A stretch of 64,000 bases of DNA from Lachnospiraceae bacterium (GTDB lineage Bacteria; Bacillota; Clostridia; Lachnospirales; Lachnospiraceae): contig JAFRGQ010000075.1 of NCBI GenBank assembly GCA_017433725.1, positions 277 through 64,276 on the forward strand. The letters run 5' to 3'. Numbering within the stretch: the stretch's first letter is position 1; every line of letters begins with the position of its first letter. Both the position numbers and the translations under genes were made by a program. Shown here piece by piece: positions 10,006 through 19,761 of the stretch. Under the pieces are notes generated by a model that saw only the letters and a list, made by a program, of their open reading frames with translations, did no database searches and was not told where the DNA came from.

Positions 10006-10797
10006 TCAGTCAGCCGCCTCCTCATTTTCCGCTTTCAGATTCGAAACCACCACGAACAGCACCACGATCACGAAGATAACGGCTGACAGCGCCCAGAGTG
10101 CTGTCTTAATTGTCGTCTGCGCTCCCTTGGTCGCATTGACGACATAAGTACTGATCGTGTCAAATGTCGCCGGCTTCGTGTATGTCGCGATAAAATAATC
10201 GTCCAGCGAGAGTGTGACAGCCAGAGAAAAACCGGATACTATACCGGAAGCGATCTGCGGAATGACAATCTTACGCAGCGCCGTCTGCGGCGTCGCACCG
10301 AGATCGAGGGCAGCCTCATAAATACTTGCGTCCATCTGTTTCAGCTTCGGAATGACCGAAAGGTAGACGAACGGAGCGCACAGCGTTACATGTCCTATGA
10401 CAAGCGGAATAAAGGTGTCCTTGCTGATCCCCAGAACAACGACCAGGAGGATGCAGATCGAGAAACCGGTCACGACATCCGCATTGACGACAGGAACCTG
10501 ATTCAGGGTATCGATCATGGAACTGACCTGTCTCTTCGAATAAAATGCACCGATGGCTCCCATCGTTCCGAGTATCGTCGCAAGCAGGGCCGCTACAAGA
10601 GCAAGCACCACAGTTCCGATAATCATATCCCTGAGCTCGGGAGTCGTAAAAAGCGTCACATAATTATGAAGCGAGAAACCTCTGATTGCTCCGATATTGG
10701 TAGCGTTCGTAAAACTGTAAACCGTGAGAATCAGGATCGGTGCATACAGAATCACGAGCACGAACAATATGAAAATTCTGCTTAATTGTTTTATCAT
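10006..10797 (-). CDS. potC: Polyamine ABC transporter permease
   Basis: Multi-TM protein; EAA motif YEAALDLGA; SLDDY; operon context. Confidence 0.9.
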   Translation of the reverse strand: MIKQLSRIFILFVLVILYAPILILTVYSFTNATNIGAIRGFSLHNYVTLFTTPELRDMIIGTVVLALVAALLATILGTMGAIGAFYSKRQVSSMIDTLNQVPVVNADVVTGFSICILLVVVLGISKDTFIPLVIGHVTLCAPFVYLSVIPKLKQMDASIYEAALDLGATPQTALRKIVIPQIASGIVSGFSLAVTLSLDDYFIATYTKPATFDTISTYVVNATKGAQTTIKTALWALSAVIFVIVVLFVVVSNLKAENEEAAD

Positions 10798-11594
10798 AAC
10801 AGTGCACCTCCCGCTGCAGATCCATCTTCATCTTCCATACCCTTGGTAGCAAGCGTGAACGCGCAGATAATGCCGAGAAGGATCAGGGCGATCATTGAGC
10901 CGCCGTGCCAGTTGTAAGCCGCAAAATAGCTTCCGATCAGGCTGCCCATGATATACGTGCTGTTGTAGAGCATGTCGAGAACAACATAGTTGGTCATGGC
11001 CGGCAGGAAGACCATCGCGATCCCGCTGACGATGCCCGGCACGGACAGCGGCAGAGTGATCTTGAAAAATGCACTCCTCTCGTCCGCTCCGAGATCCTTT
11101 GCAGCCTCAATGAGAGACTCGTCCAATTTGACGATCGTGTTGTAAATCGGCAGGATCATAAAAGGCAGAAAATCGTACGTCATACCGATCACTGCATTCA
11201 GGAACGGGTAGTAGGCAAGATTGCCTTCAATGAGCGTCAGGATCTCTTTGAGCGCGGTAATTCTCAGTGAAAAGTTGATCCACATCGGCATGATAAAGAG
11301 CATAACCACGACTGACTTCCGTTTAAAATTGCTCTTTGCCAGGATATAAGCCGTCGGGTAGGCGAGCAGCAGACAGACCACCGTGGTCGTGACCGCGATC
11401 GCAAAACTATAGCAAAGCGTTCCCAGCGTATTGGGATCCGTAAAAAAGCCGGTGAGATTCGAGACGGTGAACTGTCCCTGTCCGTTCGTGAATGCATAGT
11501 ATACCAATACAATGAGCGGTGCTGCGACGAACAGCAGCAGGAACAGTGCGTAGGGAATTCCCAGGCTCTTCCTCGTTAATTTCAGAGCATGCAA
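10794..11594 (-). CDS. potB: Polyamine ABC transporter permease
   Basis: PMWINFSLR, FLPFMILPIY, LIEAAKDLGA; 4-bp overlap with potC. Confidence 0.9.
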   Translation of the reverse strand: MHALKLTRKSLGIPYALFLLLFVAAPLIVLVYYAFTNGQGQFTVSNLTGFFTDPNTLGTLCYSFAIAVTTTVVCLLLAYPTAYILAKSNFKRKSVVVMLFIMPMWINFSLRITALKEILTLIEGNLAYYPFLNAVIGMTYDFLPFMILPIYNTIVKLDESLIEAAKDLGADERSAFFKITLPLSVPGIVSGIAMVFLPAMTNYVVLDMLYNSTYIMGSLIGSYFAAYNWHGGSMIALILLGIICAFTLATKGMEDEDGSAAGGALL

Positions 11595-11670
11595 TTTTTC
11601 ATCCTCCCTGTATATCGGTTCTCTTCGCCTTATTCTGTCTCACTGTCGAAAAAGAGAAGGCGGAAAGTAG

Positions 11671-11753
11671 TCATTCTTCATCGCGCAATACTCATGACGT
11701 GAGTTAAATATGCGCGAAAGGTGCTGCTTGTCTTAATCGCGAGAAGGATTCTC
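11671..11753 (+). repeat. Dispersed palindromic element, family B (degenerate copy)
   Basis: ATTCTTCATCGCGCAATACT...ATCGCGAG...CTC, homologous to 13814-13911; abuts the potA stop codon. Confidence 0.7.
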
Positions 11754-13190
11754 TTACTTCCTGACAAGCTTGAATGTCATCTTATCGACCGGCATGATCA
11801 GTCCTACATGGTCTCCCATATTCCACAGATATTCATCATCCGCGATGAAATCCTGATCAAGATCTGTATGGATGACATAGCTGTAATGGTCTCCCTTGTA
11901 AATCAGGTTGCTGATATAGCCGTCCACATTGCCTGCGGAAATATCATCCGTCATCTGAATATTTCGAGGATGAATAGCGGCACTGATCTTAGTGCGTTGC
12001 GGATCAATGACCTCTCCGGCAGAATCCGCTATACTGCCGTTTTCCAGACGCCTGCTTCCTTTAATGATCTTTGTGACGCTGGTATCCAGAAGCTTTCCGT
12101 TGAACTCAAGACGATGGTCGCTGTTGATATCTACCATAAAGTAATTGGTGTTATCCTCCGCTATCATGATGTGAATATTATCCGGATCGACCTTCATTCC
12201 GACATAGTCACCGACTTTCGGTGCTCTGACGGACTGAATCACCATCTCATTCTTGCCCGATTCAACGACGATCTCATAGTGAATTCCCTTGAAAATAACA
12301 GAAGTCACCGTTCCGCGGATCGTACCTTCCTGCGGAGTTGTAATGATGACATCCTCCGGCCGCACGACAGCTGTGATCAGAGTTCCTTCTTCAATATCAT
12401 CGACGCATTCAAATTCGCCGCCGCCAAAGCGCGCTTTTAACTTTCCCGTCATAATGCCGTTGAAAATGTTGCTCTCCCCGATGAAGTCCGCTACAAATGC
12501 ATTTTTCGGCTCATTATAAATATCCTCCGGCGTGCCGATCTGCTGGATCTTGCCCTTGGACATGACGACGATCGTATCTGACATGGTCAGAGCTTCTTCC
12601 TGATCGTGCGTGACATAGATAAAGGTGATGCCGAGTCTCTCATGCATTTCCTTGAGTTCCAGCTGCATCTCTTTGCGCATCTTGAGGTCCAGAGCACCGA
12701 GCGGCTCGTCCAGAAGAAGGATTTCCGGCTCATTTACGACAGCGCGGGCGATGGCGATTCTCTGCTGCTGTCCGCCGGAGAGTGTGGCGACAGATCTCTT
12801 CTCAAAACCTTCCAGATCGACGAGCTCCAGAACTTTTTTCACCTTCTTCTTAATGACATCCTCAGACATCTTCTTCTGCCGGAGACCGAATGCAATATTT
12901 TCATAGATATTCATATGCGGGAAAAGCGCATATCTCTGAAAGACCGTATTGATCGGTCTTTCATAGGGCGGCAGGTTGGCAATGTCCTTGCCGTTCAGAA
13001 GAATTTTTCCCTCCGTAGGCAGTTCGAATCCTGCTATCATTCTGAGGGTCGTCGTCTTGCCGCAGCCGGACGGTCCCAGAAAGGTAATGAATTCACCGCG
13101 CTTGACATACAGATTGAAGTCAGAGACGGCAGTGAAGCCGTTATCGTATGTTTTTGTGATGTTCTGCAACTCAATAATCTTTTCTCTCAT
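11754..13190 (-). CDS. potA: Polyamine ABC transporter ATPase with a duplicated C-terminal TOBE-like module
   Basis: GPSGCGKTT, LSGGQQQR, LLLDEP, VTHDQEEA; start moved to MREKII (13190) because of its RBS and to avoid overlapping the upstream gene. Confidence 0.93.
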   Translation of the reverse strand: MREKIIELQNITKTYDNGFTAVSDFNLYVKRGEFITFLGPSGCGKTTTLRMIAGFELPTEGKILLNGKDIANLPPYERPINTVFQRYALFPHMNIYENIAFGLRQKKMSEDVIKKKVKKVLELVDLEGFEKRSVATLSGGQQQRIAIARAVVNEPEILLLDEPLGALDLKMRKEMQLELKEMHERLGITFIYVTHDQEEALTMSDTIVVMSKGKIQQIGTPEDIYNEPKNAFVADFIGESNIFNGIMTGKLKARFGGGEFECVDDIEEGTLITAVVRPEDVIITTPQEGTIRGTVTSVIFKGIHYEIVVESGKNEMVIQSVRAPKVGDYVGMKVDPDNIHIMIAEDNTNYFMVDINSDHRLEFNGKLLDTSVTKIIKGSRRLENGSIADSAGEVIDPQRTKISAAIHPRNIQMTDDISAGNVDGYISNLIYKGDHYSYVIHTDLDQDFIADDEYLWNMGDHVGLIMPVDKMTFKLVRK

Positions 13191-13225
13191 TTTTATCGTA
13201 CCCTTTTCCCCTGATACATTTATTC

Positions 13226-13783
13226 TTAAAACGTCGGCGGCGTACTCACCCAAATATACTTAGCCGGTTTTACCGACGCATTCTCTATATAATGTGAGCG
13301 GTCTGCCCTGTAGTAAAAGCTCTCGCCCGATTTCACAACATAGTATTTCTCCCCGAGATGCAGCCTGATGCGCCCGGATATGACATACCCGAACTCCTCG
13401 CCCTCATGAGGCGTATCCTTTTCAAGCTTCTGATGGGGCTGAAGAACCACAAGGAGCGGTTCCATCATGTTTTTCTGTGCGGTCGGAACGATCCACTGAA
13501 TGCTGTTTCCGCCCTCATCGATCTTTTCAAAGAATCCTTCGTCCGTAAAGACGACCTGCTCCGGCTCCGTCTCCTTAAAAAAGTCAGAAGGCGTCGTACC
13601 CAGACATTCGATGAGATCGAGCAGAGTGATGACCGACGGTGCTACCAGTCCGTGCTCGAGCTGCGAAATATATCCTTTCGTAAGCTCTGTCCGGTCTGCC
13701 AGCTCCTGCTGAGTGAGTCCTACCTGATGCCGCAGATCCTTTATTTTCTTTCCGATCTGTTTGTTAATTATGTCAATTTCCAT
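13226..13783 (-). CDS. XRE-family HTH + cupin regulator (PuuR-like)
   Basis: LTQQELADRTELTKGYISQLE helix-turn-helix; HEGEEFGYV cupin; directly upstream of potA. Confidence 0.9.
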   Translation of the reverse strand: MEIDIINKQIGKKIKDLRHQVGLTQQELADRTELTKGYISQLEHGLVAPSVITLLDLIECLGTTPSDFFKETEPEQVVFTDEGFFEKIDEGGNSIQWIVPTAQKNMMEPLLVVLQPHQKLEKDTPHEGEEFGYVISGRIRLHLGEKYYVVKSGESFYYRADRSHYIENASVKPAKYIWVSTPPTF

Positions 13784-13813
13784 CGTACTCTCTTTCTCTA
13801 AGCGGCTGCCGTT

Positions 13814-13911
13814 TTATTATTCATCGCGCAATACTTGTGATGAGAGTCTATGATACGCGCGCAAAGTGAAATCCGGCTTCATCGTGAGTACAATCTCACG
13901 ATAAAGAATAA
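13814..13911 (+). repeat. Dispersed palindromic element, family B (full ~98-bp copy, imperfect 15-bp terminal inverted repeats)
   Basis: Ends TTATTATTCATCGCG / CACGATAAAGAATAA; internal hairpin ATCGTGAG-TACAAT-CTCACGAT; its reverse complement aligns with 19850-19950. Confidence 0.8.
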
Positions 13912-14037
13912 AAGCCTCTGCTATACAATGCTCCACCGGAGCATTGTTACGCATGCTTAGGCACGGCGGATCGCAGTCGTCATATTGCCAATTCTAAACA
14001 AATAATAATTTTTTGCTAAACTTTCGCAACAAATCTG

Positions 14038-14065
14038 ATTATACTATTATTAAACTTTTTGTCAA
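14038..14065 (-). promoter_or_regulatory. Sigma-A promoter of the regulator-potABCD operon
   Basis: Minus strand TTGACA-16 nt-TATAAT (both hexamers consensus); GTTTA direct repeats within and downstream may be operators. Confidence 0.75.
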
Positions 14066-14327
14066 TTAACAAATGACTTCCGTGCCGGCGTTTCACATGT
14101 TTTTGGAAGTCAGACTTCCTCTTTCACTTGTCCTTTGATTCGAATCCGGTCCTATCATGAACCATCGCTGTGCCCTGCATGGAACTATTGTGGTTTTATT
14201 CTGGATTTTATTTGACAATATGGTCTTTTTATGGCACTCTAAAGACAGCTTATAAAAGCCTCCACTCTATGCATAGAGTATATCCGCTATCATTAAGACT
14301 GTGACCGGCTTCATCGAACGGCCGGTA

Positions 14328-14406
14328 CGGCGGATCGCAGACGTGCGCAGTGGAAGGCGCTTACGCGCCGCGCACGTCGCGGCAAGAACGCCGAGGCGTT
14401 CTTGAA
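14328..14406 (-). repeat. Dispersed palindromic element, family A (~79 bp)
   Basis: Reverse complement TTCAAGAACGCCTCGGCGTTCTTGCCGCGAC...GATCCGCCG is nearly identical to 19764-19842. Confidence 0.85.
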
Positions 14407-14468
14407 CTTCAGGTATATTTCGAAGAATGTGTCATTACTTTAGAGCTATTTCAAAAGGAGTCTTACTT

Positions 14469-15323
14469 ATGACTATCGCAGAAATGAATGAAAGAAAGAG
14501 AGAACTCGGCTATACCGACGCACACATCTCCGAACTCTCCGGTGTACCGTTCAGCACTGTCAGAAAGGTTTTGGGCGGAATCACGAAAGCACCTCGTTAT
14601 GATACGATCAAAGCGCTTGAGAAAGTTCTTGGTAAAGAAACGACCGCCTTCAGCTATGACAGCAGGGATCCCGGTAATGAATCGAGCGCATTTAGCTATG
14701 ATAGCAGCATGACATTAGGCGCACTGCAGGGCGTCAGAGAAGCACAGACGGTATATAGCATAAAAAAACAGGGTGAATACACCCTGGAGGATTATCTTGC
14801 GATTCCTGATGAGAGACGGGTAGAACTGATTGACGGCGTGATTTACGATATGAGTTCTCCGCTTGGTCATCACCAGATTATTGCCGGCCAGATTCATTTT
14901 CATCTCGTTTCCTATATTTCCGGGAAAGGCGGTCCCTGTATACCCTTTATAGCTCCCGTCGACGTCCAGCTTGACTGTGATGATAAGACAATTGTGCAGC
15001 CGGACGTCATGATTCTATGTGACAGAAGTAAGTACACGCCCCAGAGAATCGTAGGTGCCCCTGACTTTGTAGTCGAGGTGTTCTCCAAGTCGACCCGGAA
15101 AAAGGATATGTTCATCAAGCTCAATAAGTATCGATCGGCCGGTGTCCGGGAGTACTGGATGGTCGATCCTGACAAGAAAACTGTCATGGTCTACCATTTC
15201 GAGAACGATGATGACCTTTCGTTTTATACATTCCGAGACAAGGTTCCGGTCGGTATATACGGCGGGGATTGTGTGATTGATTTTGCGCCGATAGACGATT
15301 ATGTGTCGCAACTGCCGCATTGA
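14469..15323 (+). CDS. HTH-XRE fused to a Uma2-family (PD-(D/E)XK-like) endonuclease domain
   Basis: RVELIDGVIYDM, VQPDV, GAPDFVVEV, GVREYWMVDP; N-terminal HTH; AAGGAG RBS before ATG 14469. Confidence 0.88.
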   Translation: MTIAEMNERKRELGYTDAHISELSGVPFSTVRKVLGGITKAPRYDTIKALEKVLGKETTAFSYDSRDPGNESSAFSYDSSMTLGALQGVREAQTVYSIKKQGEYTLEDYLAIPDERRVELIDGVIYDMSSPLGHHQIIAGQIHFHLVSYISGKGGPCIPFIAPVDVQLDCDDKTIVQPDVMILCDRSKYTPQRIVGAPDFVVEVFSKSTRKKDMFIKLNKYRSAGVREYWMVDPDKKTVMVYHFENDDDLSFYTFRDKVPVGIYGGDCVIDFAPIDDYVSQLPH

Positions 15324-15377
15324 GACGGCAGCTTACGCGTGACTTTGTATGGGGCTGTCTCAGTGGAAGATTGGACC

Positions 15378-16193
15378 TTACTGAGATAATACTTCATTCA
15401 TACTCCCTGTCCGGTATCCCATAAGATCCATCGTGACGTATGTAAATCCCGCTTTCCTGAATTCCCGGATTATCTTTTCCCGGTTCTCCTCACGGAGTAT
15501 ACACTCGAAATCAGCCGGAATTACCTCTATTCTCGCCATGTTGCCGTGCATCCTGACTCTGTACTGCGCAAGACCCATATCACACAGGACTTCCTCAGCA
15601 TGTCCTACCATGCGCAGCTTTTCCGGGGTAATCCGTTCACCGTACACGAAGCGGGATGCAAGACATGCAAAAGACTGCTTGCTCCAAGTCGGCAGGCCCA
15701 TCTCTTTTGACAGCTCTCGTATTTCGGATTTATACAGCTGTGCTTCACGCAGCGGGCTTATCACCTGCAGCTCAGCTATCGCACGAAGTCCCGGACGATA
15801 ATCACCCAGATCATCCATGTTCGATCCTTCCGCTACAGCCGTTATGCCCTGCTCTGAGGCTATTTGCTTCATTTTTGAGAACAGCAGATGCTTACAGTGA
15901 TAGCATCTGTCCTTCGGGTTGCTGACATATTGCTCAAGCTCCATCTCACCCGATCTGAACAAAATCTGCCTTATGTTCTCTTTCCCGCAGAACGCGGCTG
16001 CCTCTTCCATCTCCCTTGCAGGAAAAGAATCGGACTGTGCTGTGATTGCTATGCATCTGTCACCCAGAACATCGTGACAGACTTTTAAGAGAAATGTGGA
16101 ATCTACGCCTCCGGAGAATGCGACGGCAATTCCGTCAAAAGAAGCTATATACCGTTGCAAATCTTCAAGCTTTTGATCTATCTCACGCATCAT
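15378..16193 (-). CDS. larE: ATP-dependent sacrificial sulfur transferase LarE-like (PP-loop)
   Basis: AFSGGVDS PP-loop, RCYHCK, DDLGDYRPG, ACLASR, GYRTGSMN. Confidence 0.88.
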   Translation of the reverse strand: MMREIDQKLEDLQRYIASFDGIAVAFSGGVDSTFLLKVCHDVLGDRCIAITAQSDSFPAREMEEAAAFCGKENIRQILFRSGEMELEQYVSNPKDRCYHCKHLLFSKMKQIASEQGITAVAEGSNMDDLGDYRPGLRAIAELQVISPLREAQLYKSEIRELSKEMGLPTWSKQSFACLASRFVYGERITPEKLRMVGHAEEVLCDMGLAQYRVRMHGNMARIEVIPADFECILREENREKIIREFRKAGFTYVTMDLMGYRTGSMNEVLSQ

Positions 16194-16247
16194 TTACGCC
16201 TCCAAATCCTATCAAAACCATAGGAATATAAATCTCCTATCATTATA

Positions 16248-16287
16248 AAGAAACGCCCTCGGGAAATCAATCCTGAAGGCGTTTCTT
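16248..16287. terminator. Intrinsic terminator hairpin
   Basis: AAGAAACGCC...GGCGTTTCTT inverted repeat just after the stop codon at 16290. Confidence 0.6.
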
Positions 16288-16289
16288 AA

Positions 16290-16718
16290 TTACACACGAC
16301 CGATATCTTTGAAAGACCTGAAGATCAGATTAAGCATCTTCAATATGACTCCGCTTTTCGGATCAAAAGTGACAATTAAATCGTCCGGATCTGCCATTCT
16401 TATCCCATATACAATCAGAAATGCCGCACATACCGCAACAATCATCACTTTAAGGCAGTTCTCCGGTATCTTTTTCCGATAGAGAAAGATCGGAATCAGA
16501 AGCAACGGAGCGAGTACCAGCGGGTGATAGGAAAATGCCCGCTTAAGATCTCCTCCTGCAAGACTGATCCATGCCCTCGTCATCCCGCAGCATGCGCAGG
16601 AAACGCCCGTAACATACTTGATCGGGCAGGTTACACCATGCGAGAAGAGGATTATGTAAAACCCTGCGACTGCCGATATTGTGACAATTGCCGCTTTATG
16701 CTCATTTAAATATTTCAA
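16290..16718 (-). CDS. DUF2752-like membrane protein
   Basis: CPIKYVTGVSCACCGMTRA and AFSYHPL motifs; TTG start at 16718 after GAGGTG. The longer 16982 start would overlap the upstream gene. Confidence 0.8.
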   Translation of the reverse strand: MKYLNEHKAAIVTISAVAGFYIILFSHGVTCPIKYVTGVSCACCGMTRAWISLAGGDLKRAFSYHPLVLAPLLLIPIFLYRKKIPENCLKVMIVAVCAAFLIVYGIRMADPDDLIVTFDPKSGVILKMLNLIFRSFKDIGRV

Positions 16719-16731
16719 GCTCACCTCACAT

Positions 16732-17730
16732 TCAGCCGAACTCTTTCTGGAAATGCTGATAGTCCTTCGGATTATTCCAGTCACCGCCCCATGTAAATCC
16801 GTACTGTGAAAACAGCTGGTATGCCAAATCTTCATGATCAATAACATGAGGCATCTCAGCGGAGCTGCGGTTGTTATTATAGGCCTGCGCATTTGCATGG
16901 GCAGACGTGCCGTAGCCGTCATCACCGATCCGGACATAGGGATTCTCGAGCGGATTGAGATCGATTGCCAGACCGTAAGCATGATTCGAGAGATTTGAAG
17001 ACCCTGTAACTGTGCGATAGCAGAAAGCAGATGTGTTATTCACATCAATCGACGCGAAATCCGACGAGTCTCCGTCACCTGCCCAGAAATTATCGATCAG
17101 ATACATGGAATGGATCTGATATCCGTTCAGATAAAACTGCATGAAGATATCTATGACATCCGCTTCTATAGCTGCATTCACAATCAGCTCTCCCACCTGG
17201 GTCTGTCCCTCATAATTCCTGTGAAGCAGCTTGATATAACGGAGGTCCGAGAGTGCAATATTGTCATTGTAGCGGAATGACCGGTCGATAATTCTGTTAA
17301 ATATCTCATCCCCCTCAACAATCACGGAGGACGTGAAGTATTTTCCGATATCATAAGGATCGATCAGAGCATCATCTATGATTTCCCCGGGATTTACACC
17401 GGAAAGATCCGTCAGATATACCACAGGGGTCGGAGTCGGTGTCTCAGTCGGCGTCGGGGCAGGTGTTTGCGTAAGAGTCGGCTCAGCCTTGACGGCCTGC
17501 GTTTCGGCAGCTTTTTTCTCCTGTTCTTTCGCAGCCTCTTCCCTTGCGACTTTCTCCTCGTCTGCCTTTTTGAGCTGCTCCTTAAGGTCCTCCACTTCCG
17601 CTTTAAGAGCTTCCGTCTCGGCTGACAGGCGATTCGCCTTGATGACAGAATGACCGAGCATTACTGCAACCAGAATTAAAGCAACACATTCCAGAGCAAA
17701 AATAATATGTTTAATGTTCTTTTTTTTCAT
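16732..17730 (-). CDS. M15-family peptidoglycan metallopeptidase with N-terminal TM, coiled coil and PT linker
   Basis: NNTSAFCYR, SNHAYGLAIDLNP, WGGDW, DYQHFQ zinc-site motifs. Confidence 0.88.
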   Translation of the reverse strand: MKKKNIKHIIFALECVALILVAVMLGHSVIKANRLSAETEALKAEVEDLKEQLKKADEEKVAREEAAKEQEKKAAETQAVKAEPTLTQTPAPTPTETPTPTPVVYLTDLSGVNPGEIIDDALIDPYDIGKYFTSSVIVEGDEIFNRIIDRSFRYNDNIALSDLRYIKLLHRNYEGQTQVGELIVNAAIEADVIDIFMQFYLNGYQIHSMYLIDNFWAGDGDSSDFASIDVNNTSAFCYRTVTGSSNLSNHAYGLAIDLNPLENPYVRIGDDGYGTSAHANAQAYNNNRSSAEMPHVIDHEDLAYQLFSQYGFTWGGDWNNPKDYQHFQKEFG

Positions 17731-17767
17731 AACAGACTCCTGTCCTTTGTCTCTGCATTTTTATATT

Positions 17768-17814
17768 TCAGCTGACCATAAGTCCCACACCAAGTCCCGC
17801 GAGCGAGACTTGAA
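17768..17814 (-). repeat. REP-like element, family C
   Basis: Reverse complement TTCAAGTCTCGCTCGCGGGACTTGGTGTGGGACTTATGGTCAG matches 24663-24705 at 34/43 positions (hand count). Confidence 0.65.
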
Positions 17815-17830
17815 CTCAGCCTATGAGCAG

Positions 17831-18388
17831 TCAGACCATTCGCATCATTAGTTCCGTCCCATGTTCTTTCAGCCAATTAAGACGAATCTTGTAATCCGGA
17901 AGCACCCTCTCCACCTCCGCCCAGAATCTTGCCGAGTGGTTCATCTCCAGCCTGTGACACAGTTCATGCACGACGACATAATCACGCACTTCAGGTGGCG
18001 CGAGCATCAGAAGGCAGTTAAAATTCAGGTTTCCTTTTGAGCTGCAGCTTCCCCACCTTGTTTTCTGATTCCGGATCGTAATCCTGCCGTAGGTCACTCC
18101 GACTCGCGGAGCGAACCGGCGTGCGCGCTCCGGAAAATCTTCAACGGCTTCATCCGCTAGCGCCCGAATTTCAGCCGCAGTAATTTTTTTAATCGCCGGT
18201 CTTGCTTCCTGTCTTTCCCGAACAGCGCTCAGGTGCTTTTCTATCCAGTCAGCCTTCTCTATTACGAATCGATCAATTTCACGTTTTGATGTGCGATATG
18301 GCGCGCGGACAATCACCTGACCATCCCCTTTTATCTCGACAGCCAGAGTCTTTCGGCTACTTCGCACGAGTTTGTAAGTAATATTCAT
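17831..18388 (-). CDS. YgjP/DUF45-family zinc metalloprotein (M48/SprT-like)
   Basis: RSSRKTL, RWGSCS, DYVVVHELCH (HExxH), NHSARFW. Confidence 0.9.
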   Translation of the reverse strand: MNITYKLVRSSRKTLAVEIKGDGQVIVRAPYRTSKREIDRFVIEKADWIEKHLSAVRERQEARPAIKKITAAEIRALADEAVEDFPERARRFAPRVGVTYGRITIRNQKTRWGSCSSKGNLNFNCLLMLAPPEVRDYVVVHELCHRLEMNHSARFWAEVERVLPDYKIRLNWLKEHGTELMMRMV

Positions 18389-19629
18389 ATCGTCCTTTCA
18401 GAGGAAAAGAGCAACTCTTCCATCAGATAATCAATGTTATAGTCTGAGTGTTCGACCTGTTTTGAAAAATCCTTAACAATTTCAATTCTGTCTGCAAATG
18501 TAAACGTCCCCCTCTCTGCATATCTCAAAGCGTCCAGATCTCGGATGACCATAGTATTGAAGACTGCGAAGCGGGCTTTCTCCGACAGATTGTAATCGTA
18601 TGCCGCTCTCGGAAAATAGCGGAATGTATAATAGACAAGCAGATGCTCATAGGTATACTCATACTTTCTGTAATCTTCCGATTCAAGATAGGAATCCAAG
18701 GCTCTCTGATAGGACTCCTTGTCGGAAACAAAAGTCTCGAGTGCTTGCTTGATAGTCGTCCAACGTGCATTCAAAATCTCCATTCCTGACAAAATCTCAA
18801 GACGAGTATCAGGAGAAAGAGAAAAGTCCGGCGTATCGCAAACTTTTAAATACTGTGCAATTCTGTCAGCAACGGATCGCGTCCTGTCCTGAAGAATTCG
18901 GATGCATTCGTTGCGGATCTGCGCAATCTTTTGAATCTGAGCGGGATCTTCCTCACTGTACTCCTCGATAAAGGTAACGCCGCATTCTGCACTATCAGAA
19001 TCCTCCATCATCTCGTTATAGGCAAGTACCTCGTCAGACGTCACCTCGTTATTTCCGGTCTGTGTCTCATCAGATACCATCCCGTCGATGATTGAAACAG
19101 TCCCATTCTCTGCCATTTGCAGGTCACGGGGGCACACTTCATCCGTTCCCATCTCCTCATACTCCTCATCCATCATATAGGCGTCGAGTCCGGACTCATT
19201 CAGCGGAATCTCCTTAAAATGCACCGGGATGTCGTTCAGGAAGAGAAGGCGGCCGGCTTCCGGGCAGGACAGCGTGAGGCTCTTCTCGATGGTATCCCCC
19301 CATTCGAAGGAGTACCGCGGATAGTCGGTGCAGATCCTGCACAGTGCGTCCGGACCGAGCTCCAGACAGATATCGCAGAGATTTTCCGAATTGAGAAAAG
19401 GACATCGCCCGTCGACCTGCAGGCGAAAACTGACGCTTTCATTCTCGGAGGATTTCTCGGCGCCGGACATATTGGCCCGGAGCCTTTCCCCGAACGGTCC
19501 CTGTACAGAACGGTAATATTCATAAGTGTCGTCATCGATATCCAGTTCCCATCCGATGCAGCAGTTGTCGGGGCATTTGCCTCCGATGCAATGAAAGCTG
19601 TCGTAAAAATCCGGTATGCGGAGCAGCAT
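18385..19629 (-). CDS. FliB-family (flagellin lysine-N-methylase-like) cysteine-cluster protein
   Basis: FHCIGGKCPDNCCIGW, CPFLN..LC, LCRICTDYPR, SCPEA, KQVEHS; GGAGG RBS before ATG 19629. Confidence 0.82.
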   Translation of the reverse strand: MLLRIPDFYDSFHCIGGKCPDNCCIGWELDIDDDTYEYYRSVQGPFGERLRANMSGAEKSSENESVSFRLQVDGRCPFLNSENLCDICLELGPDALCRICTDYPRYSFEWGDTIEKSLTLSCPEAGRLLFLNDIPVHFKEIPLNESGLDAYMMDEEYEEMGTDEVCPRDLQMAENGTVSIIDGMVSDETQTGNNEVTSDEVLAYNEMMEDSDSAECGVTFIEEYSEEDPAQIQKIAQIRNECIRILQDRTRSVADRIAQYLKVCDTPDFSLSPDTRLEILSGMEILNARWTTIKQALETFVSDKESYQRALDSYLESEDYRKYEYTYEHLLVYYTFRYFPRAAYDYNLSEKARFAVFNTMVIRDLDALRYAERGTFTFADRIEIVKDFSKQVEHSDYNIDYLMEELLFSSERTI

Positions 19630-19761
19630 TTGAATTCCTCCCAGGTCTGCAATTCTATAGGTCGATTGCATGTGCAGTGTAAAAGCTAAACATAATTATA
19701 ACGCATACTTATGATTCCGTGTTAGAACATCTTTCGAAATACCATCAAACAGCCTCAAATA

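Noticed and set aside
14469-15323. Uma2 gene as a restriction-modification or defence system
   Set aside because: No methyltransferase or partner gene is adjacent, and stand-alone HTH-Uma2 genes are common in this group.
16719-16982. N-terminal extension of the DUF2752 ORF (and similar extensions of potA, coaBC, coaX, apbE, Uma2)
   Set aside because: They overlap neighbouring genes or intergenic repeats, and better RBS/start pairs lie downstream.
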